Assembly (NCBI GenBank): GCA_022764165.1
Contig: JALERM010000155.1
Span: 12 to 64,011, forward strand
Direction of reading: 5' to 3'
DNA from: Eubacterium sp.
GTDB taxonomy: Bacteria; Bacillota; Clostridia; Lachnospirales; Lachnospiraceae
Length of the DNA stretch: 64,000 nucleotides
This document shows, piece by piece, positions 17,588-27,240 of this stretch; position 1 is the stretch's first letter; each line of letters begins with the position of its first letter. Below the pieces are notes generated by a model. That model was not told the origin of the DNA. It made no database searches and saw only the letters and a program-made list of their open reading frames with translations. The position numbers and the translations under genes were made by a program.

Positions 17588-18787
17588 ATGAGAAAATTTT
17601 GGCTGATTCCGCTGCTTTTTTTTCTGCTTGCGGGGCTGCCCCTGCGATGCCGGGCTCAGGAAATTCATGATACGGAATTGTATGCACGCGCGGCATGTCT
17701 GATGGATGCAGACACCGGGCGTGTTTTGTATTCCAAGGAAGGGGAACAGCAGATGCCTATGGCCAGCACAACGAAGATCATGACATGCATACTGGCACTG
17801 GAGCTGGGACATCCGGATGAGGTGGTCACCGTATCTGCCAATGCGGCTTCACAGCCGAAGGTACACATGGGGGCACAGGCGGGAGAACAGTTCCTTCTGC
17901 AGGATTTGTTATATGCCTTGATGTTGAATTCAGATAATGATGCTGCTGTGATGATTGCAGAACACCTTGCCGGAGGTACGGAAACATTTGCAGAAAAAAT
18001 GAATTTGAAAGCTCGTGAAATCGGATGTACCAATACATATTTTATTACGCCTAACGGGCTGGATGCGGAGGATTCCTATGGCGTACATAGTACAACAGCA
18101 GAGGATCTGGCATTGATTATGAAGTATTGTATCATGGAATCTTCGCAGAAAGATATGTTTTTGGAAATAACACGCATGCCTTCCTATACGTTCTGGAATC
18201 AGGCTCATACCAGGGTGTATAATTGTACCAATCATAACTCCTTTCTGGATATGATGGATGGGGCCCTGACCGGAAAAACAGGGTTTACTGCAGATGCAGG
18301 ATACTGTTATGTGGGGGCTCTCCAGTGGGAAGGGAAAACGCTGATTGTTTCTCTTTTAGCCTGTGGATGGCCCAATAATAAAGGATATAAATGGTCTGAT
18401 ACAAAAAAACTGATGACTTATGGATTGAAAAATTACGAGTATCGTGATGTATTTGATAAGAAAGAACTGCCTGAGATTCCGGTGACAGATGGTATTCATG
18501 AAGACCTTGGAATCGATGAAATTGCTGTGACTCCTGTGGTTTATGGTGCCAGTGCCCAGGAACAGTCCCTGTGGCTGCTGTTGCGGTCTGATGAGACAGT
18601 CACTGTGGATTATCAGATTCCTGATCATCTGGAAGCACCGGTAACAGAAGGACAGCAGGTGGGATGTGTGGTATATCGGCTGCAGAATGAAGTGCTCAAA
18701 GAATATCCGGTATATGCTTCGCGGTCAATAGGAGAAAGAAACTTTGCCTGGTGTCTGCGGAAAGTAGAAGAAAAATACAGGCAGTGA
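17588..18787 (+). CDS. D-alanyl-D-alanine carboxypeptidase (peptidase S11, DacB-like)
   Basis: ASTTK (SxxK), SDN, KTG motifs and signal peptide. Follows scpAB as B. subtilis dacB does. Start at ATG 17588 after GGAGG. Confidence 0.9.
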   Translation: MRKFWLIPLLFFLLAGLPLRCRAQEIHDTELYARAACLMDADTGRVLYSKEGEQQMPMASTTKIMTCILALELGHPDEVVTVSANAASQPKVHMGAQAGEQFLLQDLLYALMLNSDNDAAVMIAEHLAGGTETFAEKMNLKAREIGCTNTYFITPNGLDAEDSYGVHSTTAEDLALIMKYCIMESSQKDMFLEITRMPSYTFWNQAHTRVYNCTNHNSFLDMMDGALTGKTGFTADAGYCYVGALQWEGKTLIVSLLACGWPNNKGYKWSDTKKLMTYGLKNYEYRDVFDKKELPEIPVTDGIHEDLGIDEIAVTPVVYGASAQEQSLWLLLRSDETVTVDYQIPDHLEAPVTEGQQVGCVVYRLQNEVLKEYPVYASRSIGERNFAWCLRKVEEKYRQ

Positions 18788-18799
18788 AAGGAAGAAAAA

Positions 18800-19363
18800 A
18801 TGCACGAAATGATAAATGAACTGGAATGCTGTCCGGTGATTGCGGCAGTGAAAGATGAGGGCGGTTTGAAAGCGTGTCTGAAATCGGACAGCAGTGTGGT
18901 TTTTGTACTGTATGGAGATATTTGTAATATCAGTCAGATTGTAGATATCATAAAGAAGAGTGGGAAGTATGCTGTTGTTCATATGGATTTAATTCAGGGA
19001 CTTGGGAACAAAGAAATCTCTGTTGATTTTATAAAAAATCAGACACGGGCAGACGGCATTATTTCCACCAGACCGCCAATGATGCGCAGAGCAAAGGAAC
19101 TGGGGTTGTTTACGGTTATGAGGTTCTTCGTGATTGATTCTATGGCTTATGAGAATATCCAGAAGCAGACAGCTGCGGTGTGTCCGGATGTTATTGAAAT
19201 ATTACCTGGTCTGATGCCGAAAGTGATTCGCAGAATCTGTCAGACAGTTCGCCGTCCAGTGATCGCAGGCGGGCTGATAAGTGAAAAAGAAGATATTATG
19301 GCTGCTTTAAAAGCCGGTGCGGCGGCAATTTCCACTACCAATCAGCAGGTATGGTTTATGTAA
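18800..19363 (+). CDS. glpP: Glycerol-3-phosphate-responsive antiterminator
   Basis: PVIAAV, H.DLIQGL, DGIISTR, IEILPG, IAGGLI, A.AISTT. Confidence 0.88.
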   Translation: MHEMINELECCPVIAAVKDEGGLKACLKSDSSVVFVLYGDICNISQIVDIIKKSGKYAVVHMDLIQGLGNKEISVDFIKNQTRADGIISTRPPMMRRAKELGLFTVMRFFVIDSMAYENIQKQTAAVCPDVIEILPGLMPKVIRRICQTVRRPVIAGGLISEKEDIMAALKAGAAAISTTNQQVWFM

Positions 19364-19464
19364 TAATTGGAATTATTACCGAATGTTCTTGTATTTTTTA
19401 CAGTTTCCGTTTATACTGAAAAAAAGATTTTCTGTCTGAAATGGCGGAGAAGGGAGGATACAGA

Positions 19465-20355
19465 ATGTTTTGTGAGAAATGCGGAAACAAACTGGATAGA
19501 GGTGATCGGTTTTGTCCGGTCTGCGGCAATCCGGTAGATGAAGCAGGAGATTCTCTGAGTAATAATGATGTTACGGCTGGTATGGGCTATGGATTCAGGC
19601 AGCCGGCGACTGAAAAACGTACCACTGAATATGAAACCGGAAGAAGAAAAAAAGAATCCGGGAAGAAAAATCTGGATGCTGAATGGGAAAAAGAAGAAAG
19701 AAGAGAGAAGATTACATTTCTGATTCTTGGCGTGATCATTGTTTGTTTAGTGATAGCAATTGTAGCGGGAATTATTTTTCTGGTCAAGTCCGGTAATGAA
19801 GAAAATGATGGCGACAGAGTTCCTCAGCTGAATGAGCAGTTAAAAGAAGAGCTGGATGAAAAGCAGAAACGTCAGGAAGTTGTTGAGGAAGGTGTGCAGG
19901 AATCTGAAAATGCCGATGGCGGAGAGATGCTGCCTGATCAGGCATCAGATGTTGAAACAGAGGAAGCACAGGAAACGGTGAAGGAGGTGACACCTGTTCC
20001 AACACAGGAGTTAACTCCTACTCAGGAAACTCCTGCTCAGGAAACCCCTGCTCAGGAAACGCCTGTAAATATAGCTGATGAGTATATCATTCCCGACAGC
20101 AGTACACGATATCTGTCCAATGCGGATTTGAACCCTCTGACAGAGTGGGAGATTCGTGTGGCAAGAAATGAGATTTATGCCCGTCATGGACGGATGTTTA
20201 AGTCACAGGAACTTGCGGATTATTTTAAATCAAAAAGCTGGTATGTGCCGTCGATTCCACCGGAACAGTTTGATAATTCTTACCTGAATACCTTTGAGAT
20301 AGAGAATCTTAAGTTTATAACCAATTACGAAAAAGCACATAATCTGAATCAATAA
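19465..20355 (+). CDS. Zinc-ribbon/TM/YARHG-domain membrane protein
   Basis: CEKCG...CPVCG, single TM, acidic linker, RNEIYARHGRMF. Confidence 0.88.
   Translation: MFCEKCGNKLDRGDRFCPVCGNPVDEAGDSLSNNDVTAGMGYGFRQPATEKRTTEYETGRRKKESGKKNLDAEWEKEERREKITFLILGVIIVCLVIAIVAGIIFLVKSGNEENDGDRVPQLNEQLKEELDEKQKRQEVVEEGVQESENADGGEMLPDQASDVETEEAQETVKEVTPVPTQELTPTQETPAQETPAQETPVNIADEYIIPDSSTRYLSNADLNPLTEWEIRVARNEIYARHGRMFKSQELADYFKSKSWYVPSIPPEQFDNSYLNTFEIENLKFITNYEKAHNLNQ
20023..20067 (+). repeat. In-frame 15-bp tandem repeat x3 (QETPA)
   Basis: CAGGAAACTCCTGCT CAGGAAACCCCTGCT CAGGAAACGCCTGTA. Confidence 0.85.
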
Positions 20356-20487
20356 TGACTGTAAAGGGGCAGGATGTGACTCGTGCGAATCACATTCGGC
20401 CCCTTGACTCGTCTCTTGTCGGGGAGTAAAAAATATGGTAATCTATATCAGATAATAATTTTTTAAACGTGAAGAAGGAGGAAATAT

Positions 20488-21711
20488 ATGAAAAATCTTT
20501 TGGTTGCCCAATCCGGCGGACCCACCGCCGCAATTAATGCTACCGTGGCAGGTGTGATAACAGAAGCTCTGACATCCGGACAGGTTGATGGAATCTGGGG
20601 TGCGGTAAACGGAATCAAGGGTGTATTAGAAGAGCGTTTTGTGGATCTTCGGGAAAAAATCCAGGGAACCGGTGACCTGGATCTGTTGTGTCAGACACCG
20701 GCAGCAGCATTGGGATCCTGTAGATTTAAACTGAAAGATCCTGCAGTGGATGACAGTCAGTTTTCCAGAATAGTGGAGATTTTCCGCAAACATGATATCA
20801 AATACTTTATTTACGCCGGCGGCAATGATTCTATGGATACGGTGGACAAGCTGTCTGCTTACTGCAGAGAAAAAGGAATGGACGACATCCATGTGATCGG
20901 GGCTCCTAAAACGATCGATAATGACCTGGTAGGTACCGATCACTGTCCGGGATTCGGTTCTGCTGCCAAATATATTGGAGTTACGTTTGCAGAACTGGAA
21001 CGCGACTGTCATGTATATGACACCAAAGCCGTGACCATCGTGGAGGTAATGGGAAGAAATGCAGGATGGCTGACAGCAGCTTCTGCACTTGCCAGAAATA
21101 ATGGGGGAAAAGGTCCCAATCTTATTTATCTTTGTGAACCGGCATTTTCTATCGAAGGTTTTCTGGAGGATGTAAAGCGTGAACTGGAGACTAACGACAG
21201 TGTGCTTGTAGCAATCAGTGAAGGAATCAAAGATAAAAATGGTGTTTACATCTCGGAAAGCGTACAGAGCGGTGCTGTTGATACCTTTGGTCACAGTTAT
21301 ATTGCCGGAAGTGCCTGTGTATTGGAGGAAGCGGTCCGCAGCCGGATCGGATGTAAAGTTCGTTCCATTGAGCTGAATCTGATGCAGCGATGTGCTGCCC
21401 ATGTGGCAAGCCGGACAGATATTCAGGAGTCCAGGATGCTGGGAATGACAGCCTGTCATCTGGCACTGGAAAGAAAAACCGGTCTGATGGCTGCTGTAGA
21501 AAGAATCAGTGACGAACCTTATCAGGTGCGTTTTACCGGAATCCCGGTATGCAGCGTGGCTAATCAGGAAAAGAAAGTTCCAGAGGACTATATCAATGCA
21601 GCAGGCAATGATGTGACAGAAAAAATGATGTCTTACTTAAGACCACTGATCCAGGGGGAAGCACCTGTGATTTATAAAAATGGTATTCCTGCACACCTGA
21701 TTCTGTATTAA
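20488..21711 (+). CDS. 6-phosphofructokinase, PPi-dependent type
   Basis: QSGGPT, GGNDS, PKTIDND, VEVMGRNAGW. Confidence 0.9.
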   Translation: MKNLLVAQSGGPTAAINATVAGVITEALTSGQVDGIWGAVNGIKGVLEERFVDLREKIQGTGDLDLLCQTPAAALGSCRFKLKDPAVDDSQFSRIVEIFRKHDIKYFIYAGGNDSMDTVDKLSAYCREKGMDDIHVIGAPKTIDNDLVGTDHCPGFGSAAKYIGVTFAELERDCHVYDTKAVTIVEVMGRNAGWLTAASALARNNGGKGPNLIYLCEPAFSIEGFLEDVKRELETNDSVLVAISEGIKDKNGVYISESVQSGAVDTFGHSYIAGSACVLEEAVRSRIGCKVRSIELNLMQRCAAHVASRTDIQESRMLGMTACHLALERKTGLMAAVERISDEPYQVRFTGIPVCSVANQEKKVPEDYINAAGNDVTEKMMSYLRPLIQGEAPVIYKNGIPAHLILY

Positions 21712-21822
21712 AGATATTTATTTGACAAAAGATATTGAAAAATTTGCTGGAAAATAGTAGAATTATAATTGGCTGAAATTTGTTTTCACATATATTTTTA
21801 ATAGAAAATGGAGGGCTGAAGT

Positions 21823-23259
21823 ATGAGCAATACAGCACAAAGCGCAGCAGGTACAAGAATCGCTTCTTTACTTGATGCTAACAGTTTTGTTGAAATCGGT
21901 GGACAGATTACTGCAAGAAATACAGATTTCAACTTATCTGCAAAAGAAACACCTGCTGATGGTGTAATCACCGGATACGGTGTGATTGACGGCAACCTGG
22001 TTTATGTGTACAGTCAGGATGCATCCGTTATGAACGGAACCATCGGTGAGATGCATGCAAAAAAGATTGCAAGACTGTATGATTTTGCAATGAAAACAGG
22101 AGCACCGGTGATCGGTCTGGTAGACTGTGCGGGACTTCGTCTGCAGGAAGCAACTGATGCACTGAATGGATTTGGTGAAATCTATATGCAGCAGACAAAA
22201 GCAAGCGGTGTGATTCCACAGATTACCGGTATCTTTGGAACATGCGGCGGCGGAATGGCACTGATTCCGGCACTGACAGATTTTACTCTGATGGAAGACA
22301 AGAAAGGAAAATTATTTGTAAATTCTCCTAACGCACTGGCAGGAAATGAAATTTCCAAATGTGATACTTCTACAGCTGAATATCAGGGTAAAGAAGCAGG
22401 ACTGGTTGATTACAGAGGAACAGAAGAAGATGTGCTGGCTCAGATCCGTACACTGGTTACTCTTCTTCCGGCTAACAACGAAGACGATATGTCTTATGAG
22501 GAATGTACAGATGACCTGAACAGAGTCTGCAAAGATCTGGCAAACTGTGCAGGTGATACCTCCATTGCACTGTCTCAGATCAGTGATAATCATGTATTTT
22601 TCGAAGTGAAAGCAGATTATGCAAAAGATATGGTATGCGGATTCATTAAACTGAACGGCACTACAGTAGGTGCAGTTGCCAACAGAAGCGAGATCTATGA
22701 TGCAGAAGGTAAGCTTGCAGAAAGCATGGATACAGTTCTGTCCGCAAGAGGTGCTAACAAAGCTGCTGATTTTGTTCAGTTCTGTGACGCATTTAACATT
22801 CCGGTACTGACTTTGACAAATGTTACCGGATTTAAGGCAACCAAATGCTCTGAAGCAAATATGGCAAAAGCAGTGGCAAAACTCACTTATGCATTTGCAA
22901 ATGCAACCGTTCCGAAAGTAAATGTTATCGTTGGAAAAGCTTATGGAAGTGCTTATCTGGCAATGAACAGCAAATCCATCGGTGCTGATATGGTTTATGC
23001 ATGGCCGACAGCAGAAGTAGGAATGATGGATGCAAAACTGGCAGCAAAGATTATGTATGCAGATTCTGACGCTGCTACCATCAATGAAAAAGCAGCTGAA
23101 TATGCAACTCTGCAGTCCAGTGTACTGTCCGCAGCAAGAAGAGGTTATGTAGATACGATTATCGAAGCTGAGGATACAAGAAAATATGTGATCGGTGCGT
23201 TTGAGATGCTTTACACAAAGAGAGAAGAACGTCCGTCCAAAAAACATGGAACAGTTTAA
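21823..23259 (+). CDS. Acyl-CoA carboxyltransferase (MmdA/PccB-like)
   Basis: DGVITGYG, YSQD, GLRLQE, KAYGSAY, WPTAEVGMM, ARRGYVD. Confidence 0.88.
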   Translation: MSNTAQSAAGTRIASLLDANSFVEIGGQITARNTDFNLSAKETPADGVITGYGVIDGNLVYVYSQDASVMNGTIGEMHAKKIARLYDFAMKTGAPVIGLVDCAGLRLQEATDALNGFGEIYMQQTKASGVIPQITGIFGTCGGGMALIPALTDFTLMEDKKGKLFVNSPNALAGNEISKCDTSTAEYQGKEAGLVDYRGTEEDVLAQIRTLVTLLPANNEDDMSYEECTDDLNRVCKDLANCAGDTSIALSQISDNHVFFEVKADYAKDMVCGFIKLNGTTVGAVANRSEIYDAEGKLAESMDTVLSARGANKAADFVQFCDAFNIPVLTLTNVTGFKATKCSEANMAKAVAKLTYAFANATVPKVNVIVGKAYGSAYLAMNSKSIGADMVYAWPTAEVGMMDAKLAAKIMYADSDAATINEKAAEYATLQSSVLSAARRGYVDTIIEAEDTRKYVIGAFEMLYTKREERPSKKHGTV

Positions 23260-23271
23260 TGAGGTGAGCAT

Positions 23272-24045
23272 ATGAAGCAGACATGGAAAAAAATAGCAGG
23301 TCTGATGATGGCAGTTATCTGTATGTTTGCGTTCTCTGCGTGCGGAAAAGAAGAGGAAACTGGTTTTCAGAGAATTACCGATGAGATGGCTGACAACTGT
23401 ATCGCTGTTTCTCAGAGTGCGGTAGAATCTCTTGCCAGCTTTGATGCCGCAACGATTGAGGCTTATAAGACAAACAGAGATGACTTCACCAGACTGGCTG
23501 TAACTGAATGGAATGAGCAGACAGCACAACTGGGTGCCTTCCAGAGTATGGGAGAGGCTGTAGCCGATGTGAACCGTGAAGAAGGACAGGTTACTGTAAA
23601 AATTCCCGCAGTATTTGAAAAGAACAGTGGTGAGATCGAAGTAGTATTCAATTACAACAAAGATTATGACCAGATGATTCCGGCATATCTGTTGGTTTCT
23701 GAAGAAGAAACCTTTGCAGGCAATATGAAAGGTGCAGGAATCAACACCGTTATGGGTGTTGGAACCGTATTCGTGGTACTGTTTTTCCTGATTTTCGTAA
23801 TTTCACTGTTTAAGTACGTAAATCTGATCGGTGCCAAAAAAGATGAGAAACCTGCAGCAGCTCCGAAAGCAGCACCTGCAGCACCGGCTCCGAAGGCAGC
23901 ACCTGTAGAAGAAAATCTGGTTGATGATCTGGAACTGGTAGCAGTTATTTCCGCAGCAATCGCTGCATCTGAGAACACATCCACAGACAGCTTTGTGGTA
24001 CGTTCCATCAAAAAAGTGAATAGAAGCAAATGGCAGAGAGCCTAA
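23272..24045 (+). CDS. Na+-decarboxylase gamma/delta subunit (OadG/MmdD family) with lipoprotein N-terminal extension
   Basis: Lipobox FSA-C, TM GVGTVFVVLFFL, Ala/Pro linker, LVAVISAAIAA. Confidence 0.82.
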   Translation: MKQTWKKIAGLMMAVICMFAFSACGKEEETGFQRITDEMADNCIAVSQSAVESLASFDAATIEAYKTNRDDFTRLAVTEWNEQTAQLGAFQSMGEAVADVNREEGQVTVKIPAVFEKNSGEIEVVFNYNKDYDQMIPAYLLVSEEETFAGNMKGAGINTVMGVGTVFVVLFFLIFVISLFKYVNLIGAKKDEKPAAAPKAAPAAPAPKAAPVEENLVDDLELVAVISAAIAASENTSTDSFVVRSIKKVNRSKWQRA

Positions 24046-24064
24046 CCATAAGGAGGAATTACAC

Positions 24065-24436
24065 ATGAAAACTTATACAATTACTGTTAATGGCAATGTA
24101 TACAATGTAACTGTTGAAGAAGGACAGACAAGCGGCGCTCCGGCAGCAGCACCGGCAGCAGCTCCGAAGGCAGCACCTGCAGCACCGGCTCCAAAAGCAG
24201 CAGCACCTGCAGCAGCAGCTGGCGCAGTAGCTGTAACCGCTTCTGTACCGGGTAAAGTATTTAAAGTAGAAGCAAGCGTTGGACAGGCGGTAAAAGCCGG
24301 TGACCCGATCATTATCCTGGAAGCTATGAAGATGGAAATCCCGGTTGTTGCTCCTCAGGATGGTACCGTTGCAAGCATTGATGTAGCTGTTGGTGATGCA
24401 GTAGAATCCGGTGATTCTCTGGCATCTCTGAACTAA
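24065..24436 (+). CDS. Biotin carboxyl carrier protein (MmdC-like)
   Basis: Y.ITVNG..Y.V.VEE, Ala/Pro linker, EAMKME. Confidence 0.95.
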   Translation: MKTYTITVNGNVYNVTVEEGQTSGAPAAAPAAAPKAAPAAPAPKAAAPAAAAGAVAVTASVPGKVFKVEASVGQAVKAGDPIIILEAMKMEIPVVAPQDGTVASIDVAVGDAVESGDSLASLN

Positions 24437-24512
24437 GAAAGAATTTGCAGACAATGTAAATTCCCAAACAGCGAGATGAACGATGCTGAATTAATCAACG
24501 GGAGGTAATAAC

Positions 24513-25667
24513 ATGAGTATAATGAATACATTGTCAAACTTATGGGATCAGACTGCTTTCATGAATCTGGAGTGGGGTAACTACGTGATGATTCTGGTAG
24601 CTCTCGTGTTCCTGTATCTGGCAATCAGACACGGATTTGAGCCATTGCTTCTGGTACCGATTGCATTTGGTATGCTTCTGGTAAACATTTATCCGGATAT
24701 CATGGCTGAACCATATGTAGATGCGATGGGCATTGAGCACGCCGGAGGTCTTCTGCATTACTTCTTCATTCTGGATGAGTGGAGTATTCTTCCGTCCCTG
24801 ATTTTCATGGGCGTAGGTGCGATGACAGACTTTGGTCCTCTGATCGCAAATCCGAAGAGCTTTATTCTGGGTGCCGCAGCTCAGCTGGGTATCTACAGTG
24901 CCTATTTTTTGGCAATTCTGCTGGGATTCAACGGAAAAGCAGCAGCAGCTATTTCCATCATCGGTGGTGCTGATGGACCGACTTCCATCTTCCTTGCCGG
25001 TAAACTGGGACAGACAGAACTTATGGGACCGATTGCGGTGGCAGCATATTCTTATATGTCACTGGTTCCGATTATCCAGCCGCCGATCATGAAACTGCTG
25101 ACAACAGAAAAAGAAAGAAAAATTAAGATGGAACAGCTTCGTCCTGTTTCCAAACTGGAAAAAATCTTATTCCCGATCGTTATCACAATCGTGGTATGTA
25201 TGATTCTTCCTACCACAGCTCCGCTGGTTGGTATGCTGATGCTGGGTAACCTGTTCAGAGAATCCGGTGTTGTAAAACAGCTGACAGATACCGCTTCCAA
25301 CGCACTGATGTACATCGTAGTTATCCTGCTGGGTACTTCCGTAGGTGCATCTACCAGTGCAGAAGCATTCTTGAATGTAGACACTCTGAAAATCGTTGCT
25401 CTGGGTCTGATCGCATTTGCTGTTGGTACCGCTGGTGGTGTTCTGTTCGGAAAAGTTATGTGTAAACTGTCCGGCGGCAAGATCAATCCTCTGATTGGTT
25501 CCGCTGGTGTATCTGCCGTTCCTATGGCAGCCCGTGTATCCCAGAAGGTTGGTGCAGAAGCAGATCCTACAAACTTCCTGCTGATGCATGCGATGGGACC
25601 GAACGTAGCCGGTGTTATAGGTACTGCTGTTGCAGCCGGTACTTTCATGGCAGTATTTGGTGTATAA
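24513..25667 (+). CDS. oadB: Na+-translocating decarboxylase beta subunit
   Basis: [43 protein letters not shown]. Confidence 0.95.
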   Translation: MSIMNTLSNLWDQTAFMNLEWGNYVMILVALVFLYLAIRHGFEPLLLVPIAFGMLLVNIYPDIMAEPYVDAMGIEHAGGLLHYFFILDEWSILPSLIFMGVGAMTDFGPLIANPKSFILGAAAQLGIYSAYFLAILLGFNGKAAAAISIIGGADGPTSIFLAGKLGQTELMGPIAVAAYSYMSLVPIIQPPIMKLLTTEKERKIKMEQLRPVSKLEKILFPIVITIVVCMILPTTAPLVGMLMLGNLFRESGVVKQLTDTASNALMYIVVILLGTSVGASTSAEAFLNVDTLKIVALGLIAFAVGTAGGVLFGKVMCKLSGGKINPLIGSAGVSAVPMAARVSQKVGAEADPTNFLLMHAMGPNVAGVIGTAVAAGTFMAVFGV

Positions 25668-25739
25668 GGATATTTGCGGAATAATCCGCAGATATTCTGG
25701 AGACCAAAAGATAGAATGACAATAGAAAGGAATAAGAGT

Positions 25740-27152
25740 ATGTCAGAAATTGCTAAAAAACCAATTAAAATAACTGAAACAATTCTGCGTGATGCTCATC
25801 AGTCTCTGATTGCTACCCGTATGACAACAGAGCAGATGCTGCCGATCGTAGAAAAGATGGACAAAGTCGGCTATCATTCCGTAGAGTGCTGGGGTGGAGC
25901 TACCTTCGATGCTTCTCTTCGTTTCCTGAAAGAAGATCCATGGGAAAGACTTCGTAAATTCCGTGAAGGATTCAAAAATACAAAACTGCAGATGCTGTTC
26001 CGTGGACAGAACATCCTTGGATATCGTCCATACGCAGATGATGTAGTAGAGTACTTTGTACAGAAATCTATTGCAAATGGTATCGATATTATCCGTATCT
26101 TTGACTGTCTGAATGACCTGAGAAACCTGCAGACAGCAGTTAAAGCAGCCAATAAAGAAAAAGGACATGCACAGGTTGCTCTGTCCTATACTTTGGGTGA
26201 TGCTTACACAATGGAATACTGGACCAACATTGCAAGACAGATCGAAGAGATGGGTGCTGATTCCATCTGTATCAAAGATATGGCCGGACTGCTGCTTCCT
26301 TACAAAGCAACCGAACTGGTTACTGCTCTGAAAGAAACTGTTAAGATTCCGATTCAGCTGCATACACACTACACATCAGGTGTTGCTTCCATGACTTACA
26401 TGAAAGCTGTAGAAGCTGGTGTAGACGTAATCGACACTGCTATATCTCCATTTGCTCTGGGTACTTCCCAGCCGGCAACAGAAGTTATGGTTGAAACCTT
26501 CAAAGGAACTCCTTATGATACAGGATTTGATCAGAACCTTCTGGCTGAAATCGCTGACTACTTCCGTCCGATCCGTGACGAGGCTCTGGACAGCGGTCTG
26601 CTGAATCCGAAGAACCTGGGTGTTAACATTAAGACTCTTCTGTATCAGGTACCGGGTGGAATGCTTTCCAACCTGACATCTCAGCTGAAAGAACAGCATG
26701 CAGAAGATAAGTTCTACGATGTTCTGGAAGAAGTACCGCGTGTAAGAAAAGACCTTGGTGAGCCGCCTCTGGTAACTCCGTCTTCTCAGATCGTTGGTAC
26801 ACAGGCTGTATTCAATGTCCTGATGGGCGAAAGATATAAGATGGTTACAAAAGAAACCAAAGCTGTTCTGTCCGGAGAATACGGTGCAACTGTTAAACCG
26901 TTCAATCCTGAAGTACAGAAAAAATGTATCGGTGACAAAGAACCGATTACCTGCCGTCCGGCTGATCTGATTCCGGACGAGCTGGATACTCTGAGAGCAG
27001 AGATGGCTCAGTGGTCCGAACAGGAAGAAGACGTACTGTCCTACGCACTGTTCCCACAGGTAGCTACCGACTTCTTCAAATATCGTGAAGCTCAGAAAAC
27101 AAAAGTAGATCCCACAATTGCGGACAACAAAAACGGAGCATATCCGGTATAA
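25740..27152 (+). CDS. oadA: Oxaloacetate decarboxylase alpha / pyruvate carboxyltransferase (no biotin domain)
   Basis: RDAHQSL.ATR, ECWGGATFD, IKDMAG, H.HYTSG, YQVPGGM, LVTPSSQIVG. Start at ATG 25740. Confidence 0.92.
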   Translation: MSEIAKKPIKITETILRDAHQSLIATRMTTEQMLPIVEKMDKVGYHSVECWGGATFDASLRFLKEDPWERLRKFREGFKNTKLQMLFRGQNILGYRPYADDVVEYFVQKSIANGIDIIRIFDCLNDLRNLQTAVKAANKEKGHAQVALSYTLGDAYTMEYWTNIARQIEEMGADSICIKDMAGLLLPYKATELVTALKETVKIPIQLHTHYTSGVASMTYMKAVEAGVDVIDTAISPFALGTSQPATEVMVETFKGTPYDTGFDQNLLAEIADYFRPIRDEALDSGLLNPKNLGVNIKTLLYQVPGGMLSNLTSQLKEQHAEDKFYDVLEEVPRVRKDLGEPPLVTPSSQIVGTQAVFNVLMGERYKMVTKETKAVLSGEYGATVKPFNPEVQKKCIGDKEPITCRPADLIPDELDTLRAEMAQWSEQEEDVLSYALFPQVATDFFKYREAQKTKVDPTIADNKNGAYPV

Positions 27153-27171
27153 GATATGTGAAATGAATTGA

Positions 27172-27207
27172 GGCAGCCACTATCAGATTATTCTGATAGT
27201 GGCTGCC
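27172..27207. terminator. Bidirectional-type terminator hairpin after oadA
   Basis: GGCAGCCACTATCAGA-TTAT-TCTGATAGTGGCTGCC, a 16-bp perfect stem. Confidence 0.7.
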
Positions 27208-27240
27208 ATTTAATTCCTGTTCTTATTCAAATTTTGTTCA

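Noticed and set aside
25668-25700. Hairpin GATATTTGCGGA-ATAA-TCCGCAGATATT between oadB and oadA as an sRNA
   Set aside because: A short intra-operon stem-loop with no other support. Most likely an mRNA stability or processing element.
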